Shown: piece by piece, positions 1-11,200 of the stretch
Layout: each line of letters opens with the position of its first letter
How positions within the stretch are numbered: position 1 is the first letter of the stretch
The notes under the pieces: generated by a model
What the model was told of the DNA's origin: nothing
Databases searched by the model: none
Seen by the model: only the letters and a program-made list of their open reading frames with translations
From: Massalongia carnosa
Lineage: Eukaryota
DNA length: 64,000 nucleotides
Direction: 5' to 3'
Assembly: GCA_965645245.1 (NCBI GenBank)
Contig: OZ287079.1
Coordinates: forward strand, 558,001-622,000
Program-made: the position numbers and the translations under genes

Positions 1-637
1 ACCGTACCATTTGCAACAGCAACCAAATGGGATAGCCTAGGAGTATACGTAAAATGTCCCTTCTATCTAAAGACTCATTATCACGGACCAGATCATCAGC
101 CATGGACAGGTCAGACTTGGGTTGCTCACTTCGGGGGCAATCGTGGGTATGCTGACCTTACCTATCAATCACTGTATTCTTACAAAGGATAGCTGCCTCC
201 ATCTAACATTCATCTAACATGGCTGCCTAAATCATACATGTACCGCGTTATAGATGGAGAGCGTCTCGGCGCAACACACATGAAGTCAGAGATAATTGTT
301 TTACCCTTGGGGCCACTATCTAGACCATTATGTAAAATAGTAGCAATATTAAAAAACGATATTAAACTCCTGGGAAACATGATATCTTCAGCCAGAAAAA
401 ATGCCCAAGGCTTTAAAATGACAGCGGCTTTTTAGTCCCTATCCCTTTTCAATCATTACTCCCTTTTAATCCCTACTCTCTTTCAATTCCTATATAATCC
501 GATTTGGCACAGCGAGACAAGATGCCAAGAAATGTGAAACTTCCCCCGTACGTCTTGCGCCCTTGCGCCCCTTACCTTCAAGTTCCCTCTCAACGGAACG
601 ATAGAATTCCAATTCCACCATTGCCAGCAAGATTCAA

Positions 638-3600
638 CTAGCTTTCAGACGGTATGGATTTGATTTCATTTTGACGTTTGAATATGTCATCAGGCCTTGT
701 CCTGCCTAGAATTGTCATACCTGGCACAGGTAAGCCGCTTGAGCCCCGCAGATACATCTCTTCGGCCTCGTTCGTCATGCCTTGATCTGCATACAGACTT
801 CCTAGATTGTTGACTGTGTCAAGCGTTGATGTGTGATCAGGACCCCAGGCCTTTTCGTATCCTGTCAATGCCCGCAGATACATCTCTTCGGCCTCGTTCA
901 TCTTGCCTTGATCTGCATACAAAATTCCTAGATTGTTGACTGTGTCAAGCGTTGATGTGTGATCAGGACCCCAGGCCTTTTCGTATCCTGTCAATGCCCG
1001 CAGATACATCTCTTCGGCCTCGTTCATCTTGCCTTGATCTTTATACAAATTTCCTAGATTGTTGACTGTGTTGAGCGTTGATGTGTGATCAGGACCCCAG
1101 GCCTTTTCCTTTCCTGTCAATGCCCGCAGATACATCTCTTCGGCCTCGTTCATCTTGGCTTGATCTTTATACAAATTTCCTAGATTGTTGACTGTGTTGA
1201 GCGTTGATGTGTGATCAGGACCCCAGGCCTTTTCCTTTCCTGTCAATGCCCGCAGATACATCTCTTCGGCCTCGTTCATCTTGCCTTGATTTTCATACAA
1301 AATTCCTAGATTGTTGACTGTGTCAAGCGTTGATGTGTGATCAGGACCCCAGGCCTTTTCGTATCCTGTCAATGCCCGCAGATACATCTCTTCGGCCTCG
1401 TTCATCTTGCCTTGATCTGCATACAAAAGCCCTAGATTGTGGACTGTGTTGAGCGTTGATGTGTGATCAGGACCCCAGGCCTTTTCGTATCCTGTCAATG
1501 CCCGCAGATACATCTCTTCGGCCTCGTTCATCTTGCCTTGATCTGCATACAAAATTCCTAGATTGTTGACTGTGTCAAGCGTTGATGTGTGATCAGGACC
1601 CCAGGCCTTTTCGTATCCTGTCAATGCCCGCAGATACATCTCTTCGGCCTCGTTCATCTTGCCTTGATCTGCATACAAAAGCCCTAGATTGTTGACTGTG
1701 TTGAGCGTTGATGTGTGATCAGGACCCCAGGCCTTTTCCTTTCCTGTCAATGCCCGCAGATACATCTCTTCGGCCTCGTTCATCTTGCCTTGATCTGCAT
1801 ACAAAAGCCCTAGATTGTTGACTGTGTTGAGCGTTGATGTGTGATCAGGACCCCAGGCCTTTTCCTTTCCTGTCAATGCCCGCAGATACATCTCTTCGGC
1901 CTCGTTCATCTTGCCTTGATTTTCATACAAAATTCCTAGATTGTTGACTGTGTCAAGCGTTGATGTGTGATCAGGACCCCAGGCCTTTTCGTATCCTGTC
2001 AATGCCCGCAGATACATCTCTTCGGCATCTTTCAGCTTGCCTTGTTCGTTTGAAAAATAGCCAATAGCATGATACGAAGAATATAATCCCTGTTCCCTTC
2101 TCATATTTCTTTCGAGGTTTTGAGGTTTTTTTCCAATCCAGAAGTGAACATAACTACAATGACCAGCCAGTCGTTTTCGATGCAGCCAGTTTGCTGAACT
2201 GCCAGTGGAATGACATGCGGAACCGATTACAGAAACTGCTAAAGAAGCTATCTCGTCGTTAGAGGTTAGATTCATGTGAAAACACCAGTCATGTATAATT
2301 GGATGAATCGCATAAGATGAGATCTCATATCGTGTTTCTATCAAGGAGTAATCCAGCAGTATTTGAATCTTCTGTGTAAAATCAAATTCCGTCTTCATGC
2401 TACATAAAAACCAGATAGGTAATGTCTCTTTTGGGATAATGCTCTCGTCATCGTCAAGTACAGGTGCGAATAAAGAATACCATAAATCTGAATGATCGAG
2501 ATATGCAAACAGATTAAGCAATTTTGCAGCGCTCGCGTCATTGCGTTGCACATATTCATAGGAAATGGTGTACGTAGATAAAATGCTACGAGGATAATCT
2601 TTTAATCGGGTCGTTTTGTTGTTGTGAAGCTTCTCCCAAGTCTCTTCATAGTATCGAATATAGTCGTTCACACTTGTAGTCGTTCCGTGGATATAGGAGC
2701 CTGCATGAGCAAGTGCTAGTGGGAGACCACCCACTTTCTCGACGATCCTATCAAGGCCTATAAAATGCTTAGTAAATTGGAGTAAGACTGTTGCTTGAAT
2801 TTCATTACCTTCAACTGATCGTCCTATCCTGTATCGTAATACTTCTGCTCCTTGTAGATCGCTCATCCTTCCAAGTTGCCGGTCCTGCCCGTGTTGTCGA
2901 AGCTGTCGTAATCGGCTTGTGATTAAAATAGAGCCATGATCGGCTTCCGGGAAAAAATCTTCCATATCATATGATTGAGGATCATCTACCTCAGGGGAAT
3001 TATCACGATCGACATTATCGAAAATAAGAAGCCATTGATTGTTTTCATGTTGACTGAACCAAATAAGAATATTGCGAATGATTTCATCTAGCTCTTCAGG
3101 GGATGGTTTAGAGAATTTTCTATATGAATCCGGAATCTGATCTGGGGGTAATTGCCGAGCAATCTGTGCAAGACTTTGACGTACACTTTCCTTACTATCG
3201 CCGTTTAGCCAAAAAATTGAACTGAAAATCTTCTGTGATCTTTGAGCGAACTCGATTGCTAGCTGAGTCTTGCCGGAGCCGCCCAGTCCGTGCAAAACGA
3301 ACACCTTCCGGCGAGTCTCACGAGTTGGCTTGGGAAAAAGGGTATTCTTAAGGTCATTCATTTCCTGATCACGAGCTATAAATTTTGGTACACGGGGTAA
3401 GCCTTTCAAACTAAACGGCACTTTATATGAACCACTGTCTATTCAAGGATTTAGTAACTCAAGAATTATCAAGCAAACATTGACGCACATTCTCGTGTTG
3501 AAAGATTATTTCCACAAAGCTTCATTTGTTTCATCACGCTTTCCAAAGCCACATAGCGGGTTGTGGCGGCCATGATCTTGTTCTTCTGTGCTGCATCTTC

Positions 3601-4532
3601 GAGTCCAATACTCTCAAGCCCATGAGAAACATTGAAACGAAAGTAGCGATTTCCATCGTCGAGATCGGAATGCGCTCGATGAAAAGACTCCGCTGTTTTT
3701 TCTGTCTCTGTTGCAATGTCTTTCAACGTTTTTGCAATCTCGAAGAGGCTTGAGCCATAAGTATCCAAGGATGGAATGCCGGTACCGATAGATATCAGGC
3801 ATTTGATGTTTCCCTCAAGCGCTTCATCTGACCACACACTTTTGGCCTCGTTCCAAAGATGTGCGACAGGATTGTTAGCCCCCACAGCCCCATCGACAAA
3901 CTCTTCTTCAAACTGGCCAATTTTAACTGGATCAAAGAAGGATGATGCGGCAGATGTGGCTCGAGCTGCCTCCCAAACTCGTGTCTTATGGTACATATCT
4001 GATGATCCTCGAGAAGGATAGGATGTGAAAAGGACTGTGTCGGCAGTCTCTTTGCTCAGAGCGCATACAAATCTAGCTTTCATTAGTATCACTAGAATTA
4101 TACGTGTAAATGCAACTTCCGAAGCACTAACACCTTGCATTGCTGATTCTCTGATCCTTTGAGGAGAGCATTTTCCCCTGCCTTCTCCTTCCGCTTTACG
4201 ATTTCTCGAATCGACCGTTCCAGCTCTTCTGTGTCGAATCTCCCCTGCACGTGTCCGTTTATTTTGACACGATGCCGCTTTTTTTTAAACACTTGATCGA
4301 ACAATGCGACATAGGCATCAATACATTCATCGATATTCATCTCAAGACGACCTAGCATGATAGCAATCAATCCACCGGTACTTGTCCCTCCGATCAAGTC
4401 GAAATACTCGCATGGCTTCGGCGGCGCATTCGGATTAATGATCTCCATCAGTCGCTTGAGGATTGCGAGTGACGATAGCCCTCGCACTCCACCGCCATCA
4501 AGAGATAATAGGCATAAATATTTATCTGGCAT
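638..4532 (-). CDS. Fungal NLR: patatin-like phospholipase + NB-ARC + TPR repeats (~1244 aa, 4 exons)
   Basis: Patatin motifs DGGGVRG, GTSTG and DGA; P-loop GLGGSGKT, Walker B LLIFDNVD, GLPLAL; about 10 TPR units. Three GT-AG introns (4073-4131, 3439-3488, 2758-2808) join ORFs 4098..4532, 3469..4140 and 638..3421 in frame. Confidence 0.93.
745..2030 (-). repeat. Tandem array of 10 near-identical 126-bp (42-aa) TPR-encoding repeats
   Basis: cccgcagatacatctcttcggc recurs every 126 nt (745, 871, 997 ... 2005). Confidence 0.97.
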
Positions 4533-4703
4533 GATAGAAGGTCCTAGCTTTCTTCGAATTATACAACTAGCCTGGTAGGAATGTGCAGAGGCTGGCTTTG
4601 GAAATGAGTGGTATAGAAAGCATTAGTCAAGCTGTTATTGTTGCGCGGCTGAATGATATCCATATAAGGCTGAAAACGTCAAGCCCAGGCTTATCCAGGG
4701 TGC

Positions 4704-6029
4704 CACGCGGGTGACAAAATAAAATGCAACGTGTAAGCGAATTTACCCCCCCTTTTTTATTCAAATTTTCATCTCATCATCAACCATCATCTGCATAGCT
4801 GATAAAATTCACCTAAATTACATGAGATCAATAACCAGTCATCGCCCCCTTTGCATCTTTCACCTCTTTCAATCTTTTGGGCATGGATAACACCCTTTCA
4901 TTGATAAATTCCTGACTGACTCGAGCCCATCCCTCCCTAATCAGCTGCTCCAAACTTGCATCGTCCCAATGAGGAAATTTACGAACATGCTGCTTTGCGG
5001 GCTGCCAGCAATTTTCAATGGGAGCTAGATCAGGAGATGAAGAACAATTGAAATAGTGCTCTAAATCGTGATCTAACTTCCACTTTTGACCGCGTTTCGT
5101 CTCTTGCCCGTGCCATGACCAGAGTATCCATCTTCTTCAAGTACGAAGTCATCTCCACGCTCCAACCAGGGCTTGACGACGGGATCAAGAATAGCGTCAA
5201 TATACACCTGATGAGTCATTTTTCCATTGCTATTGCTGGGCACATCGTAGAAGTAGATATCCGACTTGAAATTGTAACCAACTGCTGCCCAGCAGTGCTT
5301 TCTTTTACGATCTTTCTCAGGTGGTGCATCACGATGCTGAATACAATCCCAACGATATCTTGTTCCGGGCTTACGAATGATTCGTAACTGTCCTTCAGGC
5401 CCGTAGCCAAAATGAATCTCATCGCTGAATCGTACGCGATGCCAGTCTTCGGACCGAGGATATTTATTTAACATAACTGTAGCAAATTCTTCTCTTCTTT
5501 CTTCTGATGCCATTGCCAGCCACCCTTTGACACAGGCTAGACATTTGTGATAATTCAAGGCAGCTGTAAGAGTTCTCTTCATTGTACGTCCCATCACGTC
5601 GGCCCCAATCTCCTGTGCTAAAGCATCCCATGTGTAGCGTTTTCCTTACAATTGTAGATCTTGATCCTGCAGAATGTGATCTGCCTCCTTCAGCTGATCA
5701 TCACTAATCTTTCGCTTTCGACCCCGAGTCTCAACGAGAGAAGAATTGTGACGTGTGCGAGAAGAAGCTCCGCTTTTGATGATGTTATAGCCCGCGCGCT
5801 CGGCCACGCCAAATTCCTGAAAAATGGCCCGTGGATCGAATGGAATTGCATGTGAGATGAGAAATTGATAAGCTCCTTGAACTTTGGCCTTTGTGGGAGT
5901 ATCATAATGAGGCTTTTTGGGTCGAGACATTGATGATGAGATAAAAAGTTGAAAAAAAGGAGGGTGTTTTGATGGGGCATTCAGGGGTAAATTCGCTTAC
6001 ACGTTGCAATTTATTTTGTCACCCGCGTG
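4704..6029 (-). mobile_element. Tc1/mariner-like DNA transposon, copy A (1326 bp, ~46-bp TIRs CACGCGGGTGACAAAATAAA...), transposase disrupted
   Basis: TIRs at both ends; transposase motifs FSDE, EEDG and SPDLAPIE; nonsense codon at 5646 and frameshift near 5085; nearly identical to 19096-20421. Confidence 0.93.
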
Positions 6030-6188
6030 CTAACTTACCACTTGTACTAAGCCACTTCTCTCGTCGGGTAATAACTAGGTAATATTCAATTTTACACGCG
6101 CCGTCTCCGGGTAATGACTAATAACTTTAATCTAGCCAATCAGATTTTCCCTTTTCAACGATAATGGGTACAACACCTCAATCACCCC

Positions 6189-7795
6189 TCATGATCTATG
6201 TAAAATTTCCCAACATGCCTCCTTTTTGCAACATGGTCCACAGCTCTTACATTGCCATCTGGTCTGACTTGCACGTCGTCTTTTGGTGCAATTTTCATCA
6301 ATTTCCGCAAGTGGTCGGCGTCGTTTGAGTCTTGGCACTTGCCTTTTGCAGGCCAAACAATAGTCCTTCTTATTCAAATGCTCCCATTTGCAAGTTGACT
6401 CGACGTCTTTATTAACGTCTTGATTAGTAGTAACTATGACATCTGACGGACGTTTCCGTAGGGCACCGGCTTGATTAGATAGTAGGGCATTTACTATTTC
6501 TTTTTGAAAGTCCAAATGGCTGAGTGTTGAATTCGGATACAGAATTCTCCACAATTTGAAGGCATATAGAACGGCTGCATCCAGAAGAAAGATGAAAATT
6601 GACCACCAGTAGCGACGATCAGATCTTTGAGGTAAATAATATGCTCTTTGCTGAGCATTCCCATCTGACCCGCCCATGTGCTGGTTATATTCCACGATGG
6701 GCATGGGAAATGGAAGCTTTTCTTCTTCATCATCAACGATGACTCTGGAATTTGCAGGAATTCCATGACGTCGACGGGACTTCTTGTAGAAAGAAGTCTT
6801 CAAATCCTCAATTTTATGAACCGTGGTCATGAATTGCACGGTGTTTAAATCCACTCATGCCATACATAGAATGTCCCCGTCATCAATGTTTGATTTTTTA
6901 CTTGTATCTGCAGGTACCGTCATCAATGCCTTCTTTCCCCGGTCCTTATTCTTGGTGGCTGCAACCCTCAGACGTAGAAGATCAACAGGAAAACCGCATC
7001 CTGATTTAGCCGTCCCACAGGCACCAATTCCAATGGTTTTCAGAGCTTTGAATAGCTTCGTATTTGTGAAGAAGTTGTCCAGAAAGATGACGTATTTCAA
7101 GCCTTCATCAGACGGTAAACTTCGAGCCAGTTGAATGACGACTAGGGAGGAAGGAGACAAATCCCATTTGGTTGTCGGAAATTTCAATTGTCCAGGCGTT
7201 TTTAACTCACTAATTTGGGACACCTGTCTTGCAATTAGTACATGCAAATTGAGGCCTTTTCTACTCACCTTGGAGGTAAATAAGAAGTCAAACAGATAAT
7301 TTTCCTGACATAAACTATAGATTTTGAAGCCTACACCAGCCGCCTTGGTGGCTATTTGCATAGTATGGCAGCTCCTACCCCTGAATAAAATCAATTGCTC
7401 GTCAACTGACACAAGACTTCCAGGAATCCAGTATTTCTTTGATGCTTTTCGAAAGTCTGTGCCCAATGGTTCCAGCTTTTTCCACCAATCAGGGCCTCGA
7501 GTATCAATGATCTCATCTTCGTCGGGGTTGGATATCTTCAAAAATCGCTTGAGTTGCTCCCATCTTCGAAGACTCATTGCTTGAATCACCATGTCATGTA
7601 TGGCAAATTTAGGAGACGTGTTCCAATAGTCAGTAAGACGTGGCATCAGTGTATACCCCATATGTAACAGAATTCCCAGAAAAGCTCCTACTTCAGAAGA
7701 AGAGGTGTCATGCCATTGACGTCTCTTGATGTCGTTTAGGGCATACTTCTTTTTCGCTTTAAGATTGGTGTTTTTAGCTATGATTTCAAGCATTT
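6189..7795 (-). mobile_element. piggyBac-like transposase relic, 5' part cut by Copia
   Basis: VDEQLILFRGR, FLDNFFT and YNQHMGGSD motifs; C-terminal Cys-rich domain; TGA at 6855 in place of a likely Trp; probable in-frame intron ~7224-7268. Confidence 0.88.
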
Positions 7796-8061
7796 TGTTG
7801 AATGGCGGTTGCGATTATGGTTATAATGGCTTGGGCTCACTGCCTTATAACGTGGATAGCGGGTAGTCTAATCTTCTCTAGGAAGGTTTTAGGTTTAGCG
7901 TGCTTTGCCCTTTGGTGAAAAGTCTGCTCTTTTCCTTTTAGTTAGCTTCATAGTCAATGCGATCACCTGCAACCAGAGTCTCCTTTTAACTGGTTATGAG
8001 CACGGTCAGCAACAAGCTTCCGAACATCAGAAAAGGATATAGCTCTTCGCAAATCGCTATC

Positions 8062-8250
8062 TCGGCAGCTCGACTACGATTCCTTTAGGTAGGAAGAATC
8101 AGCACCTCGGCAGCTCCTTACGATTCCTATGGTAGGATAAACCAGCACCTCGGCAGCTCCTTACGATTCCTATGGTAGGATAAACCAGCACCTCGGCAGC
8201 TCCTTACGATTCCTGTGGCAGGACAAACCAGCACTCCCGGCAGCTTGATA
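8062..8250 (+). repeat. ~43-bp tandem repeats in Copia 5' leader
   Basis: cctcggcagctccttacgattcctatggtaggataaaccagca unit, about 4 imperfect copies. Confidence 0.85.
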
Positions 8251-8284
8251 CGACGGATCCAACAAGCACAATCAAATATCAAAA

Positions 8285-11200
8285 ATGACAACAATCGCAG
8301 ACGATCTAGCGAAAAGAAGACCCTTGCCCGTTCTGACAAGGGAGAACTATCAAAGATGGTTCGAGCTGGCCGAAATGCATTTCGAAGCGGAAGGCATCTT
8401 TCATACAATAAGCGAGCCACAGCCCAATTCCTCGTACCTTCAGCAGCGAATGGACAAATTAAGCCTTGATGGAAAAGGAATAGATAAATCAGACACACCC
8501 CTCACCCCGGGAACCCCATTCATCGATTCGGAAAGATGGAGAAAGGACAACGCTAAAGCATGCTATCTTATAACCATCTGCTTAAGCCAATTCGATCAAG
8601 AACGCGTAAGAGTGATGAAGACAGCGGCGGAAAAGTGGACCTCGCTGTTAAGCAAGTACAACAACATCCTTCCCACTTCAGGAAGGCATTACCTTCAAGA
8701 GCTGGTGTCATATAAAATGAAAGAGAACACCACCGTTCAGGAGGCATGGGGGGAACTCTTGTTGTTGAGAGACAAGGTCGTCATGGCCCCACCCACACTT
8801 CGAGACGCATTTCCCACTCGGCAACTATTCCAATTACTCTTACAATCTCTCCCAGCCGAGTACGCGGTCATTAGGGACGGAATTGATGCAATTGGGGGAG
8901 TAGATGCCGAAATTAGCATAAAAAGGTTGGAAGACAAAGAAATGCAGCTAACACAGGCGAAAGCAGATTTAGCCTTGCTCGCAAAGCAGAAAGAACAGCG
9001 AAGAGAGCAGCGACGGCCTCTCAACCCATCCAGAAGTCGAAGCACATTCAACAACTCCAGGCAGGAGCGATCCAGACGGCACGAAAGGTCCTCAAGTGCA
9101 AAGAGAGAAACGAAAATCAAGGTCAACTCGCAAAAGGGATGCTTAATCTGTGGAGAAGTCGGCCACTGGACCAAAGAGTGCGAATTCTTGGAAAGCACTC
9201 GCAGCCACGTCAGGAGCCTCGCGAAGAAGAAGGAAGAGGTCAGTAAGGGCAAATCATCCGTCAAGCGCCATCGGAGCGATCTCGCTGGCGAGTCAGAAGA
9301 AGAGGACGAGAACGATAGCTTCTCATCAGGCGACAATGACGATGATCTAGATGATCTCGAGGAAACTGCGGCTCTCTCCAGAGAAGCTGTCTGTAAGATT
9401 CCCAGATCAAAATGGGTAGCTGACTCTGGCGCATCATCCCACATGACTGACAAGCTTCAGCTCTTTAGCGGACCTCTGACAAAGATCAGAGAAAGAAGAA
9501 TAAAGGTCGGCGGGGGAGAATTGAGAGCATGTCATCGCGGTACGTGCGTGATCAAGGATGGGCACGGAAATCAGGGATTTCTTTCTTCTGTCCTTTATGT
9601 CCCCAAGCTAGGGGTTAATCTCTTGTCTGGAAGGCGGATGTGCGAGAAGGGCCTCATCGGAAGTTTCGACCAGCACGGGCTGAAGATGCATGACAAGCAA
9701 GGCAAGGAGATCATGGAGGCACGGCAGCGAGGGGGAGTATATATCGTCGAGAAAATAGCAAAGGATCTCGATGAATTCGCATTAACCGCGTCCATGCATC
9801 ATGACATTGCCTTTCCAAGCAAAGTTGATATTGCATCACTCTCGTCTTCATCAGAGGCGTTAAAGCCGCGCGGCGCGGGTTTAACATGTCCAACAACACA
9901 TAACAATATGGAAATCGAGATTGAGTCAACACCCGCACTTAACCCAACCAAGACGGACAAACACTCTGAAACGTACAGGCTATGGCATCGAAGATTCGCT
10001 CACCTAGGCCGAGAAAAGCTTCGTAATCTGCATAAGGTCACCACCCTAGAAAAGCCTATTCCGGTCAGCAAAGAAGAGGATCACATTTGCGAGGTATGCG
10101 CGCTCACTAAGCTCACCAATAAAAGAGGCAAAGCGACCGAGCGAAAAACCTCTCTTCTGGCTCTGGTCTCCATCGATATTTGCGGTCCTTTGCCTGCCTC
10201 TCGAGAAGGATACATATACTTTTTGGAAATTGTGGACAACTATTCTAGAAAGATATGGTCCATTCCACTCAAAAGGCGAGACGAAGCACCAGGTGAATTG
10301 CGAAAATGGAGAATAAAAGTCGAATTACAAAGTGCACAAAGACTATTGGCTGTACGGAGTGACAATGCCACCGAGCTGAAGGCTACTCTTGATGAATGGT
10401 GCTCCTCAATCGGTATTATTCCGCAATACACCATTCCTCATATGTCTATTCAGAATGGAGTCGCCGAGCGAGCAATTCGTACCACCGAGAACTCGGTGCG
10501 AGCCATGATAAAGGACGCAGAACTCCCAATCGAATTCTGGAAGGAAGCCATGGAAACTGATGCATATCTTCGGAATCGCACGGGATGCGGACCGATCATC
10601 GACGGCTATGCTAGCACACCGGAAGAAGCCTTCACGGGCGTCAAGCCATCCATTGATCACAATAGGGTATGGGGATGCAAATGCTATTCGTACGTCGATC
10701 CCAAATCGCTACCCGCGGGGGACAGAAGAGACAAGTTCATGGACAGAGGCAGAATCGGAGTCTTTATGGGATATGTAGAAGAGACCACTAAACAGTATCG
10801 TCTCTGGGCACCCGACATGGGAAAAATCATCAGAAGCCATGTCGTAAAATTTGATGAAAATTTAAAAGGTGGCAGCGTTGATTTAAACTTGCGGAAGCAG
10901 ACACCCAACGTGCTACCAGAAAGACGGCCAGTAGGAAGACCACAAAAGACAAAAGAAACGAAAATCAGCGAACCCGCCAAATTAGTAGAAAGCTTTTCGC
11001 ATGTGGAAGTTCCTAGTCAACAGAATCAAACTCATGACCAACCAAACCCGAAAGATGATGTCACTCAAAACGTACCACCAATCCCAACTTCCGAAGAGTC
11101 GCCCATAGCGAATGATTCAATCCCAGCCGCAGCTGTGCCTAAGGCTAGCACTAGCATATTCTCTCATGTTGCAATCCCGAAGCGAAAGCGATCTGATGAA

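Noticed and set aside
745..2030. CRISPR-like or DGR-like repeat array
   Set aside because: Repeats are contiguous in-frame coding units with no spacers and no adenine-specific variation; the context is eukaryotic.
4689..4703. 15-bp inverted match to 56039-56053 (gcaccctggataagc)
   Set aside because: May be a Fot1-like TIR remnant, but a 15-mer match is expected by chance in 64 kb and the orientation does not enclose the region.
6030..6188. piggyBac terminal repeat with TTAA
   Set aside because: No convincing inverted partner found near 13320 or elsewhere.
8737..9453. Antisense and overlapping ORFs within TE genes (also 14436-15032, 27266-27871)
   Set aside because: These are shadow frames of real coding strands.
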